A DNA stretch of 64,000 nucleotides from Dehalococcoidia bacterium (GCA_965261385.1 CBDHDB010000001.1:161145-225144), one strand, 5' to 3'; numbered from the stretch's first letter, positions 9,456-20,258 are shown. Translations and numbers: made by a program. The notes: generated by a model not told the origin, from the sequence alone.

Positions 9456-12260
9456 CTATGACTCCTCGCCGTCCTCCGCAAAGTCGTCGTCAAGGTCCTG
9501 CTCATCGAGGGGCTCCAGCACGTCTCCCACGGCGGGAAGCTCCATCGCAAGCTGGGGAGAGGCGGAATTGCCGTTCGCGCCCGTGCCGTTCGCGCTAACC
9601 GCGCCGTTGGTCTTTGGCTGCGGGGCTGCGACCTCCGGCATCTGGTCGAAATCCGCAGGGGTGCGCTCGCGGAACGCGCTCATCGAGATGACCACGTCGT
9701 CACCGGAGAGCTTAGTCATCACCTGCACGCCCTGCGTGTTACGGCCTAGGCTGCGAATCTCCCCGATCGCCGTCCGATAGACCATCGCCTTGCGTGAGCC
9801 AACCATAATCTCCTCGACGTCGGGGCCGGTGACCACCGCCCCGGCGATGGGGCCAGTCTTGTCGGTGATCTTCATGGCGATGACGCCCTGCACGTTGCGG
9901 CCCGTCTTGCGGAAGTTGCCTACTGCCGTGCGCTTCCCGTAGCCGCGCTCACTCAGAATCATCATCTGGCCGCTGCCGAGGATGTACTCCGCCTTCTGAT
10001 CGCATCCCTCGATGTCGCAGGGCTCGAAACGCTCCTCCGGCGGAAGGTGCAGGGGCCCCTTCTTCTCCTCGCCGGGGTGCTCCTTGCGCCACTGCGCGTA
10101 GTGGGGCTGGCACATATGCCGCTCCTGCGGGGCCACGTCCATCGCGGCGACCTCGTCGTCGTCCGCCAGGCGGATGCCGCGTACGCCGCCGGCGCCTCGG
10201 GTCTGACGCTCCGTAACCTTATCGAGCTCGAAGCGTACTCCCTTGCCGTTCCGCGTAACGAGCACGGTGGTCATTCCATCGTCGGCCAGCCGGGCGGTCA
10301 GCAGGCTGTCGCCCTTCTCCAGGTCGAACGCCGCCAGGCCGTTGCTGCGGATGTTCTGGAACTGGTTGAGGTGCATCTTCTTCACCTCGCCCTTGCGCGT
10401 GGCCATGAAGATGGACAGGTCCGCCTTCGGGTCCGATATGGCGACGACCGCCGTCACGGTCTCTTCCGCCGGATTTATCGCTTCGATCAGGTTCTGGACG
10501 GGCGCCCCGCGCGTCTGCCGGGTCGCGTCCTGCCCGACCTCGAACACGCGCTTGCGGTACACGCGGCCCTTGTCCGTGAAAAATAGGAGCCAGTCGTGCG
10601 TATCGGCAACAATTAGCTGTTGGACTGCGTCGCCCTCACGTGTTTCCTGCCCGCGCACTCCCTTGCCGCCGCGGCGCTGGAGGCGATAGAGGGCGATGGG
10701 CAGACGCTTGACGTAGCCACGGTCGCTCAGGGTAAAGACCACGTCCGCGTGGGGGGTCAGTTCCTCGGGTGTCTGGTCCCGCGCCTCCTCGTCCGATATG
10801 GCGGTGCGGCGGGGCTCACCGAAGGCCTTGCGGAGCTCGGCGGTCTCCTCCTTAATAACTTGGAGAACACGACCTACGTTGGCCAGAAGCTCTTCGAGGT
10901 CGGCAATCTTCCGCATCAGCTCCTGGTACTCGTTCTCGATGCGCTCGCGTTCGAGTGCGGCCAGGCGGCGCAACTGCATCTCCAGGATGGCTTGCGCCTG
11001 GGGCTCGGTGAGGCCAAACTCCTGCGTCAGCGCATTCCGCGCGCCCTCGGCGTCCGCCGACGCGCGGATGAGGCGGATGACCTCGTCCAGATTGTCCAGC
11101 GCGACGCGCAGGCCTTCGAGGATGTGCGCTCGCTCGCGGGCCCTGGCCAAGTCGTACTCGGCGCGGCGGCGGATGACGTTCCGCCGGAACTCGATGAAGT
11201 GCTGAAGCGCGGAGCGCAGGCTGAGGACGCGGGGCTGGCCGTCGACGAGCGCCACCATGTTGACGTGGAAGGCGCTCTGCATGGTCGTGTGCTGGTACAG
11301 GTTGTTCAGCACCACGCTGGCCGCGGCGTTCCGTTGCAGCTCAATGACGACCCGCATCCCCTCACGGTCCGACTCGTCGCGGACTTCAGAGATGCCGTCG
11401 ATCTTCTTGTCCTTGGCGAGGTGGGCGATCTTCTCCACGAGAGAGGCCTTGTTGATCTGGTAAGGCAGCTCTGTGACGATGATGCGCTGGCGAGCGCCTT
11501 TTTCCATTTCCTCGAAAGAGGCCTTGGCGCGAACGACGATGCGCCCGTGCCCCGTGTGGCAGGCCTGCTCGATGCCCTCGCGTCCCATGATGGTCGCAGC
11601 GGTTGGGAAGTCGGGGCCCTGGACGAAGTTCATCAGCTCGTCGGCTGTGGCGTCCGGATTATCGATGAGGTAGGTGAGAGCGTCGCATACCTCGCGGAGG
11701 TTGTGCGGCGGGATGTTCGTGGCCATGCCTACGGCGATGCCGGACGCGCCGTTGACGAGAAGGGTCGGAACGCGCGAGGGAAGCACCGTTGGCTCGCGCT
11801 GGGAGCCGTCGTAGTTGTCGACGAAGTCAACGGTGTCGCGGTCGATGTCCTGGAGGAGCTGCTCGGCGATGGGAGCGAGCCTGGCCTCGGTGTAGCGCAT
11901 GGCAGCGGGCGGGTCGTCGTCGACGGAGCCGAAGTTGCCCTGGCCATCGACGAACCGATGGCGCATGGAGAATTCCTGGGCCATGCGGACGAGGGCATCA
12001 TAGACAGGCGAGTCGCCGTGGGGGTGGTATTTCCCGAGGACCTCGCCGACGACGGCGGCGCTCTTCTTATAGGAAGAGCCGGGACGGAGGCCCATGCCCT
12101 GCATGGCGTAGAGGATGCGCCGGTGTACTGGCTTGAGCCCGTCACGAACGTCGGGAAGCGCGCGGGCCACGATAACGCTCATCGCGTAGTCGAGGTACGC
12201 GCTGCGCATCTCTTCTTCGATTCGAACGAGCCTGACGTTGCCGGTGTTGCCCGTTACCAT
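9456..12260 (-). CDS. gyrA: DNA gyrase subunit A, with an extra Cys/His-rich insert in the C-terminal domain
   Basis: 934 aa. [10 protein letters not shown] active-site Tyr region, QRRGGKGV GyrA-box-like motif, repeated beta-pinwheel blades, acidic tail. Insert at aa ~711-765 (nt 9966-10130). Confidence 0.95.
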   Translation of the reverse strand: MVTGNTGNVRLVRIEEEMRSAYLDYAMSVIVARALPDVRDGLKPVHRRILYAMQGMGLRPGSSYKKSAAVVGEVLGKYHPHGDSPVYDALVRMAQEFSMRHRFVDGQGNFGSVDDDPPAAMRYTEARLAPIAEQLLQDIDRDTVDFVDNYDGSQREPTVLPSRVPTLLVNGASGIAVGMATNIPPHNLREVCDALTYLIDNPDATADELMNFVQGPDFPTAATIMGREGIEQACHTGHGRIVVRAKASFEEMEKGARQRIIVTELPYQINKASLVEKIAHLAKDKKIDGISEVRDESDREGMRVVIELQRNAAASVVLNNLYQHTTMQSAFHVNMVALVDGQPRVLSLRSALQHFIEFRRNVIRRRAEYDLARARERAHILEGLRVALDNLDEVIRLIRASADAEGARNALTQEFGLTEPQAQAILEMQLRRLAALERERIENEYQELMRKIADLEELLANVGRVLQVIKEETAELRKAFGEPRRTAISDEEARDQTPEELTPHADVVFTLSDRGYVKRLPIALYRLQRRGGKGVRGQETREGDAVQQLIVADTHDWLLFFTDKGRVYRKRVFEVGQDATRQTRGAPVQNLIEAINPAEETVTAVVAISDPKADLSIFMATRKGEVKKMHLNQFQNIRSNGLAAFDLEKGDSLLTARLADDGMTTVLVTRNGKGVRFELDKVTERQTRGAGGVRGIRLADDDEVAAMDVAPQERHMCQPHYAQWRKEHPGEEKKGPLHLPPEERFEPCDIEGCDQKAEYILGSGQMMILSERGYGKRTAVGNFRKTGRNVQGVIAMKITDKTGPIAGAVVTGPDVEEIMVGSRKAMVYRTAIGEIRSLGRNTQGVQVMTKLSGDDVVISMSAFRERTPADFDQMPEVAAPQPKTNGAVSANGTGANGNSASPQLAMELPAVGDVLEPLDEQDLDDDFAEDGEES

Positions 12261-12365
12261 GCGGGTCCTTTCACGTTCATGCAGGGAGGCGGACTACCGG
12301 TGAACCCACTACATATGGTGGTCCGGAAATCGTCCTCTCCCAGAGATACCCTAAAATACCACCTG

Positions 12366-12394
12366 ATTATAGCGGATGCCCCTCTAATCCCCAA
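12366..12394 (-). promoter_or_regulatory. candidate sigma70-type promoter for gyrA
   Basis: Minus strand reads TTGGGG (12394-12389), 17 nt, TATAAT (12371-12366). About 105 nt upstream of the gyrA ATG. Confidence 0.4.
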
Positions 12395-12504
12395 TAGGAA
12401 AGAGGATCGTGCTCCGCTCTTTCACTCCTCTGTCTATCCCCATGGGAGATTTACCTGCAGATCCCCCCGACTGCGAAGCTTGCGCGACTCCCGGCCGCGA
12501 CGCA

Positions 12505-12778
12505 GGGCAAAGTCCCCGACTTTCGATGAGGTTACGAGTGAAAAGTCCCTGATTCTCGGTGAGGTTACGAGTAAAAAAAGTACCCGAAAATCGACGACAT
12601 TGAAGGGTTGACAGAGGGCGTTTTCGTGGCCGTGGCCTGCTTCCTAGACCTTGGAACTACTTCCTGACCGAGATTGTTTTCTTATTGGCATGCGCCCCGC
12701 CTCCTCTCTCAGTCCCCCGCACACGGGGGCGGAGGGAACGAGTGCGGCGCCGGTTGGCAATGGGCAAGTGTCACTGTG
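12505..12778 (-). repeat. composite element copy B (gene-less derivative, inverted orientation)
   Basis: On the minus strand: CACAGTGACACTTGCCC (12778-12762). A REP-b hairpin. CGCATG remnant of the rep 3' end. TCAGGAAGTAGTTCCAA (12667-12651), an identical 17-mer to 48851-48867. AGGAAGCAGGCCACGGCC (12645-12628). Two 23-25 bp direct repeats plus a terminal half repeat (12585-12505). Confidence 0.75.
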
Positions 12779-12831
12779 CATCGGCGAAGCGCCTGCGCTG
12801 GAATGACGGGGAGGCGCGGGGAGGGCTGCGA

Positions 12832-12853
12832 GGTTCCCGCCTGCGCGGGAACC
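12832..12853 (-). repeat. REP-a palindromic element (core)
   Basis: GGTTCCCGCCTGCGCGGGAACC. An adjacent degenerate half, GCCTGCGCTGGAATGACGG, lies at 12791-12809. Confidence 0.8.
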
Positions 12854-12908
12854 CCTCATGTTGGGCTGATGCCCCACACCACAACCGACGAAAGTAGCGG
12901 GCCGGGCG

Positions 12909-12950
12909 GCCCCCTCTCTAACTCTCCCCCGCAGACGGTGGAGAGGACTT
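12909..12950 (-). repeat. REP-b element
   Basis: Reverse complement of CTCTCCACCGTCTGCGGGGGAGAGTTAGAGAGGGGG. Near-identical to units at 47003-47063 and 47231-47291. Confidence 0.8.
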
Positions 12951-13067
12951 TCGAAGCAATGACGGAGGGGGGGAATGGCGGAACGGCGGAGGGGGAATCG
13001 CGGGCGTAAACGAAGAGGCCCCCGCTCGATTGCGGGGGCCTCTTGAGTTTGCCTGGAAAAGGCTGGA

Positions 13068-14738
<1,671 letters not shown>

Positions 14739-15032
14739 CTAGCTAACCTTCGCCAGGACGTCGGTTTCCCTCATGACCAGGAACTCTTCTCCGTCCTCCT
14801 CAAACTCCGTGCCGGCGAACTTCGAGTAGATGATGGTGTCCCCGACCACGACATCCATCACGGCCCGCGTGCCGTCGTCATTCACCTTGCCGGGTCCTAC
14901 GGCGATGACGCTCCCCTCTTGGGGGCGCTCCTTCGCGCTGTCCGGGATGTAAATCCCGCTCTTGGTCTGGGTCTCTTGCTCGACCGCCTTCACAACGATA
15001 CGGTCGCCCAGGGGCTGCAACTTTCGCGCCAC
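14739..15032 (-). CDS. groS: co-chaperonin GroES
   Basis: 97 aa. LQPLGDRIVVK...KSGIYIPDSAKE. AAGGAGG lies 6 nt upstream of the GTG start. Confidence 0.95.
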   Translation of the reverse strand: MARKLQPLGDRIVVKAVEQETQTKSGIYIPDSAKERPQEGSVIAVGPGKVNDDGTRAVMDVVVGDTIIYSKFAGTEFEEDGEEFLVMRETDVLAKVS

Positions 15033-15085
15033 GGTTACCTCCTTGCGCTAGCTACCAGCGATTAGCACTCGCTTCGGTAGCCTGA

Positions 15086-15112
15086 TTAGCAGTCAGTGCC
15101 TCAGACTGCTAA
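15086..15112 (-). promoter_or_regulatory. CIRCE-like HrcA operator (variant)
   Basis: Perfect inverted repeat TTAGCAGTC-N9-GACTGCTAA, compared with canonical TTAGCACTC-N9-GAGTGCTAA. Lies 54-80 nt upstream of groES. A canonical half site TTAGCACTC is at 15062-15070. Confidence 0.75.
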
Positions 15113-15121
15113 TCAGGCGAA

Positions 15122-15151
15122 ATGGTATGGCCCGCTGCGACTGGCTGTCAA
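15122..15151 (-). promoter_or_regulatory. candidate groESL promoter
   Basis: Minus strand reads TTGACA (15151-15146), 18 nt, TACCAT (15127-15122). The CIRCE-like repeat starts ~10 nt downstream, which is the classical arrangement. Confidence 0.45.
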
Positions 15152-15254
15152 GTGCCCCCTGGCGGACCCGGGCAGCGCCGCCCGGCCTTCGCCGGTCCTC
15201 GATTGACACCCGCGAAAGCCGGGCCGAACATCCGCCAAGAGAGGGTGGGAGGCC

Positions 15255-15962
15255 ATGGCGGACGCGAGTGGAATAGTCGTCGGAACACAGGAGGGCATCG
15301 TCCGCGTCACGTGGAGCGAGGAAGCCGGTCCCGGCAGTCTCGCCACTGTTCTGCGCGACATCGACGACACTCCTGGGGCGCGCGTCCTCCTCATCTCCGG
15401 CAGGTGGGACCGCGCGACCGCCGACCTACCCTGGGCGCCCAACGACGACCCCGTCGCGGCCCTTGCCGCGCTCCGTCTTCCCACCGTCGCCTGGATCGAC
15501 GGCGCCTGCCGCGAGGAAGGCCTGGAACTAGCGCTGGCGACCGACATCCGCGTCGCGTCCCCCGGGGCGTCTTTCCGCATGGCTCACGCGGCCCAAGGGA
15601 GGATGCCGGCGCACGGCGGCACGCAACGGCTGGCCCGGCTCGCCGGAAGGGGGCGCGCCTTGCACATGCTGCTCACGGGCGAGGCGCTCTCCGCCGATGA
15701 AGCATCGCGGGCCGGTCTCGCGCAGACCGTGGGCGGCGTCGATGAAGCCCTCGCCACAGCCGCCGCGATCGCGAACGCCGCGCCCATCGCCGCGCAGTAC
15801 GTCAAGGAGGCAGTGCGCGCCTCCGCAGACCTCGCCCTTGGCGACGGGCTCCGGCTCGAAGCCGACCTGAGCTTCCTGCTGCACTCGACGGAGGACCGCG
15901 CCGAGGGTCTCCGTAGCTTCATCGAGAAGCGCCCGCTCCCGCCGAAATTCGAGGGCCGATGA
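15255..15962 (+). CDS. enoyl-CoA hydratase/isomerase (crotonase) family protein
   Basis: 235 aa. Crotonase-fold pattern (...AWIDGACREEGLELALATDIRVAS...). GGGAGG upstream. Stop overlaps the next gene (ATGA). Confidence 0.75.
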   Translation: MADASGIVVGTQEGIVRVTWSEEAGPGSLATVLRDIDDTPGARVLLISGRWDRATADLPWAPNDDPVAALAALRLPTVAWIDGACREEGLELALATDIRVASPGASFRMAHAAQGRMPAHGGTQRLARLAGRGRALHMLLTGEALSADEASRAGLAQTVGGVDEALATAAAIANAAPIAAQYVKEAVRASADLALGDGLRLEADLSFLLHSTEDRAEGLRSFIEKRPLPPKFEGR

Positions 15963-16675
15963 CCACCTTCAGCACGGTCCTCTACGAGAAGCGCGGCGCA
16001 GTTGCATTGCTGACGCTCAACCGGCCGGAGACGATCAACGCGTTCAACGTCCAGATGCGGGACGACCTATGGGAGGTCCTCGGCGCCGTCCGCGATGACG
16101 ATGACGTTCGCGGTCTGCTGATATCGGGCGCGGGGGAAAAGGGATTCTGCGCAGGGGCCGACCTCACCGAGTTCGGGAGCGCGCCATCTCAAGCGATAGC
16201 GCGGCGCGTGCGATGGGAAAGGGACCTGTGGACCGCGCTGGTGGAGCTGCCGAAGCCCACGATGGCCGCGGTGCATGGCTACTGCTTCGGCTCCGGCGTC
16301 GAGATTGCGGCGCTCTGCGACCTCCGCATCGTGTCCGCCGACACTGTATTCGGCATGCCGGAGGTCGGGCTCGGACTCATCCCTGCCGCAGGCGGCACGC
16401 AGGCCCTTCCGCGCATCGTCGGAGAATCCCGGGCGATGGCCATGATGCTGGCGGGCAGCCGTATCACGGCAGCGGAGGCGTTGGAGTCCGGCCTCTCGCA
16501 CTGGGTCGCGCCACGCGGACAGTTGCTGTCGGAGGCCGAACGCCGCCTGCGAGGAGTCCTCGATGCTTCCCCAGACGCGCTCGCGCTCATCAAGCGGGCG
16601 GTCAACGAGGGAGACGATATGACGCTCGACGACGGCCTACGGCTTGAGCGACGACTGGCCGCTCGGCTAGTCTGA
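15959..16675 (+). CDS. enoyl-CoA hydratase/isomerase family protein
   Basis: 238 aa. LNRPETINAF, FCAGADL, AAVHGYCFGSGVEIAALCDLRI oxyanion-hole motifs. Confidence 0.85.
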   Translation: MTTFSTVLYEKRGAVALLTLNRPETINAFNVQMRDDLWEVLGAVRDDDDVRGLLISGAGEKGFCAGADLTEFGSAPSQAIARRVRWERDLWTALVELPKPTMAAVHGYCFGSGVEIAALCDLRIVSADTVFGMPEVGLGLIPAAGGTQALPRIVGESRAMAMMLAGSRITAAEALESGLSHWVAPRGQLLSEAERRLRGVLDASPDALALIKRAVNEGDDMTLDDGLRLERRLAARLV

Positions 16676-16691
16676 GACGCCGCCCCTCCTC

Positions 16692-16720
16692 AATCCTCCC
16701 CTACAGACGGGGGAGGAGGG
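16692..16720 (+). repeat. REP-b' hairpin overlapping the Shine-Dalgarno of the acyl-CoA ligase gene
   Basis: AATCCTCCCCTACAGACGGGGGAGGAGGG. The CCTCCCC/GGGGAGG stem and its purine arm end 5 nt before ATG 16725. Same unit (reverse complement) inside midA at 19258-19284. Confidence 0.7.
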
Positions 16721-16724
16721 AATA

Positions 16725-18302
16725 ATGGGGCTTGGAGGCTTGGTCCTGCATACCCACGACATCCTCACCATAGCGGCGGCAATCGTCCCCGACCGTCCGG
16801 CGCTGGTCCTCGACGACCGGTCGATCACCTACGCGGAGCTGGCGGACCGCTCCAACCGGCTCGCGAACTCGCTGGCGTCGCACGGCGTCGGCGCCGGCGA
16901 CCGCATATGCATCATCGACATCAACACGCCGATGCATTTCGAGACCTACTTCGCCGCCGCACGGCTGGACGCCATCTACGCGCCGCTGAACTTCCGTGGG
17001 CGCGGCGACGAGATAGGCTACCCACTGCGGAACGCCGCTCCGAAGGCTGTCATCGCTGGCGAGCGGTACGTCTCGCTTATCGACGGGCTGCGGCGCGACG
17101 CGGAGTCCGTCGCGCTGTTCGCGGCGGAAGGCGGCGCGCAGCCGGGATGGCGCGCTTTCGAGGAGCTCGTGGCGGACGGCGAGCCGGAAGAGACGGCGTT
17201 CCCGGAAGCGTCGCCCGACGCAACCGCCGTGCTGCTGTTCACCGCCGGCACTACGGGCCGCCCCAAAGCCGTCATGCTGTCGCATTCGAGTTTCACTTCC
17301 TTCATGCTTACGAGCATGGAGCCGCCTGACCCCGACTCCGAGGAGCGCACGCTCCTGACGCTGCCGCTCTACCACGTCGCGGGCCTGCAGGCGGCGCTGG
17401 CGGGCGTCTACGGAGGCCGCACCATTGTGCTTCAGCGGCAGTTCGAGCCCCGCGAATGGATGGGGCTCGTGGAGAAGCACGGCATCGAGCGCGCACTTAT
17501 CGTGCCCACGATGCTGAAGCAAGTCCTCGATCACCCCGACTTCCAACGCCATGACCTCTCCAGCCTGCAGGTTGTGACCTACGGCGGAGCGTCGATGCCG
17601 CCTTCGCTCATTGAGCGCGCTCTCCCGCTGCTGCCCGGCGTCCAATTCATCAACGCCTTCGGCCAGACCGAGACCGGCTCGACGATAGCGATGGTCCCGC
17701 CCGAGGACCACGTCCTGGAAGGCCCGCCCGAACTCGTCGCGAAGCGCCGGCGACGCCTATCGAGCATCGGGAAGCCCCTGCCCGATGTCGAAGTCCGCGT
17801 AGTCGACGAGGACGGGCGCGACCTCGGGGTGGGCGAGCAGGGCGAAATAGTCGCGCGCGGCCCGAGGCTCATGCGGGGCTACTGGGGCGAGCCCGACGCC
17901 ACCGCTCAGGCGCTCCACGACGGCTGGCTATACACGGGCGACCTGGGCTATCAGGACGAGGACGGCTATCTCTACCTGGAGGGCCGGGCCAAAGACTTCA
18001 TCAAGCGCGGCGGGGAGATGGTCGCTCCCGAGGAGATCGAGCACCTGCTGCACGCCTGCCCCGGCGTCGAGGAGTGCGCCATCATCGGCCTGCCGGACGA
18101 GACTTGGGGCGAGCGCGTCGTCGCGGTCGTCGTCCCCACGCCGGGCGTCGAGCCGTCCGAGGAGTCGTTGCTGGAAGCGTGCCAAGCGCTCGCGCGGTTC
18201 AAGCGTCCAGAGCAGGTGATCTTCGTCGACGGCTTGCCACGGAACTCACTGGGCAAGGTGCTCAAGAAGGACCTGCGCGCCGAGTTCAGCCCCCCTGGTT
18301 AG
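16725..18302 (+). CDS. AMP-dependent acyl-CoA synthetase/ligase
   Basis: 525 aa. LLFTAGTTGRPKAVMLSH AMP-binding motif, YGQTE-like GQTETGS, GDLGYQDEDGYLYLEGRAKD, GKVLKKDLR. Confidence 0.88.
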   Translation: MGLGGLVLHTHDILTIAAAIVPDRPALVLDDRSITYAELADRSNRLANSLASHGVGAGDRICIIDINTPMHFETYFAAARLDAIYAPLNFRGRGDEIGYPLRNAAPKAVIAGERYVSLIDGLRRDAESVALFAAEGGAQPGWRAFEELVADGEPEETAFPEASPDATAVLLFTAGTTGRPKAVMLSHSSFTSFMLTSMEPPDPDSEERTLLTLPLYHVAGLQAALAGVYGGRTIVLQRQFEPREWMGLVEKHGIERALIVPTMLKQVLDHPDFQRHDLSSLQVVTYGGASMPPSLIERALPLLPGVQFINAFGQTETGSTIAMVPPEDHVLEGPPELVAKRRRRLSSIGKPLPDVEVRVVDEDGRDLGVGEQGEIVARGPRLMRGYWGEPDATAQALHDGWLYTGDLGYQDEDGYLYLEGRAKDFIKRGGEMVAPEEIEHLLHACPGVEECAIIGLPDETWGERVVAVVVPTPGVEPSEESLLEACQALARFKRPEQVIFVDGLPRNSLGKVLKKDLRAEFSPPG

Positions 18303-18422
18303 CTTTCCCTCGGAGACGCAGACCGGCAGGAACGCCACCCCCTGTAGGTTCGTGGTGAGCCTGTCGAACCACGGGGCCTGCCAATCAACACTCGTTAGGC
18401 GCCCTCCCCCGAAGGGACGCCG

Positions 18423-19661
18423 CTAACGCAGCAACTCGTCCCACGTGGGCATCGATTGCGGCTGAGGAGGCGTTCCCAGCGGCATGTGTTCAGGCGTCGG
18501 AAGCGGGGCCCGGCCCGGCGGGCCGGACGCGACGGCCAACACCCCTGCCGCAGCCGCAGCCTTCGCGAAAGCCATAACGCGGAACGAGCCCATCCCGTTG
18601 GGGTCGACCAGCGAGTCGATCTGCCGCAAATTGGCCGCCCGCGCCGCGGGGCTCATATCGGCGCGTCCGGCGATGTCCCGCCAGAACTCGTCGATACCCA
18701 AGCCGCGCAGCAGAGCGGACTGGCTCATCGCCCCAGCCTCGACGAACCCCGCGGCAGCAGCCGCTGCACGCAGCGACGTCAGCTCAACGTGAACGCTGAT
18801 GTCCTGACGCCCTACGTTGACATACGGATTCATGCCGAGCGTATGCCCTGCGTAGCAGCGCAGCGTCCCCTGGCGGCGTGAGTCGTCGTAATAGTCGGAC
18901 GCCTCGTGCCCGTAGTCGATGAGTAGCAGATAACCGGAATCTATCGCCCCGAACGCCGACTCCACCCACGCCCGCAGGCCCAGATTGACTTCCGCTCGAT
19001 GCCCCTCCGAGAACCGCACGCCCAGCGATGCGAGCCGCTCGGCGAGGGCGGGCGTCGACGGAGCGCCGGCCATCTCCACGAGACGCCCGTCCGGCGACAG
19101 CCCAACGAACAGCTCCCGCAGCTCGCCTTCCTCGATCGTCACCCGGTGGACCGGCATCGCGTCGAGAAGCTCGTTCCCGAGCGTCACCCCCGGACTTCCG
19201 GCGGACGGCAGCTCTCCCCCCTCGACCCTCGCCCACTCGATGCCTCCCCTTGCCTCTCCTCCCCCATCTACAGGGGAGGATTGGGGTGGGGGCTCCCGCC
19301 GCTCGACCCCCACGTACGCCAGCGCCCTTGCGAAACCGGCGTCCAGCGCGGGCGCGTGCTCGATGATGTCTGCAGCAAGCCTGCCCGTTCCCGCTCCCGC
19401 CTCGACAACCGCGAACCGCTCAGGCCGGCCAACAGCCCGCCACATCGTCTCCAACTGCCGGGCAATCAGCGCCCCGAAGACCGGGTGTGTGAGGGGCGCC
19501 GTATAGAAGTCCCCCGCCGCTCCGAACGCCCGGCGCGTCGAGTAGTACCCCCCGTCGGGCCAGTACAGCGCGACCTCCATGAACTCGGCGAACGTCATCG
19601 TCCCCCGCTCACGGATGCGCCGCCGCGTCTCTTCCTCAGCGCCCGTGGGCTTGAACAGCAT
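18423..19661 (-). CDS. MidA/NDUFAF7-like SAM-dependent methyltransferase (DUF185) with an in-frame REP-derived insert
   Basis: VVEAGAGTGRLAADI SAM loop and GNELLDAMPVHRV motif. ATG 19661 overlaps the antitoxin stop (TGATG). Residues PPPQSSPVDGGGEARGG are encoded by a REP-b' unit. Confidence 0.8.
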   Translation of the reverse strand: MLFKPTGAEEETRRRIRERGTMTFAEFMEVALYWPDGGYYSTRRAFGAAGDFYTAPLTHPVFGALIARQLETMWRAVGRPERFAVVEAGAGTGRLAADIIEHAPALDAGFARALAYVGVERREPPPQSSPVDGGGEARGGIEWARVEGGELPSAGSPGVTLGNELLDAMPVHRVTIEEGELRELFVGLSPDGRLVEMAGAPSTPALAERLASLGVRFSEGHRAEVNLGLRAWVESAFGAIDSGYLLLIDYGHEASDYYDDSRRQGTLRCYAGHTLGMNPYVNVGRQDISVHVELTSLRAAAAAAGFVEAGAMSQSALLRGLGIDEFWRDIAGRADMSPAARAANLRQIDSLVDPNGMGSFRVMAFAKAAAAAGVLAVASGPPGRAPLPTPEHMPLGTPPQPQSMPTWDELLR

Positions 19662-19954
19662 CAAGCCGCTTTTGTTGCGATGGTCAGCCGGACGCCCAAC
19701 GCGCTCAGCACCTTCATCACCGTGCCGATTCGCGGGTCGCGGTCGCCGGACAGCGCCTTGTACAAGCTGGGCCGGCCAAGTTGAGTCTCCTCGGCGATAG
19801 CGGTCATGCCCACGGCGCGGGCGGCGTTGCCGACGGCCTTCACAAAGAATTCCGGATCGTTCTCTTCGAGCGCCGCCGCCAAGTACTCGGCGACCGCCGC
19901 CTCATCGGTGAGAAGCTCTGCGCTGTCCCACGGGGTATAGGTCTCTTTGCTCAT
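19661..19954 (-). CDS. addiction-module antidote protein (HigA-like HTH antitoxin)
   Basis: Internal ATG 19954 gives 97 aa: MSKETYTPWDSAELL...EYLAAALEENDP..FVKAVGNAARAVGMTAIAEETQLGRPSLYKALS. This is the typical partner of the upstream toxin. Confidence 0.8.
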   Translation of the reverse strand: MSKETYTPWDSAELLTDEAAVAEYLAAALEENDPEFFVKAVGNAARAVGMTAIAEETQLGRPSLYKALSGDRDPRIGTVMKVLSALGVRLTIATKAA

Positions 19955-19964
19955 GCCCGCCTCC

Positions 19965-20258
19965 TCAGAACTCACTCGCCATTCGATGGGCGCGCCGTAT
20001 GTCGCGCTCCTGGCTCGACTTGTCGCCCCCACAGAGTAGAAGCAGCACGTTGCGCCCCCGTATCGTGTAGTAGACCCGGTAACCCTTGCCCACATTGATC
20101 CTGAGTTCGCTAACGCCGCCGCCCACTGCCGTATGGTCGCCGAAGTCTCCTTCCTCAACGCGGTCGATTCGCACCAAGATGCGCGCCAAGGCTCGCCTGT
20201 CGCGCAGTCTCCTCAGCCAGGTAAGGAACGTATCGCTCTTGACGGCGGTGTAGCTCAA
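19965..20258 (-). CDS. addiction-module killer protein (RelE/ParE superfamily toxin)
   Basis: 97 aa. FLTWLRRLRDRRALARILVRIDRVEEGDFGDH..VGGGVSELRINVGKGYRVYY...LLLCGGDKSSQERDI, characteristic of this toxin family. Confidence 0.8.
   Translation of the reverse strand: MSYTAVKSDTFLTWLRRLRDRRALARILVRIDRVEEGDFGDHTAVGGGVSELRINVGKGYRVYYTIRGRNVLLLLCGGDKSSQERDIRRAHRMASEF

Noticed and set aside
10620-12611. 663-aa plus-strand ORF (and several 100-180-aa ORFs) antisense to gyrA
   Set aside because: It lies entirely opposite a strongly conserved gyrA frame. The sequence is low-complexity and Arg/Ala/Gly-rich, as expected for stop-poor antisense frames in high-GC DNA. It has no motifs and no SD.
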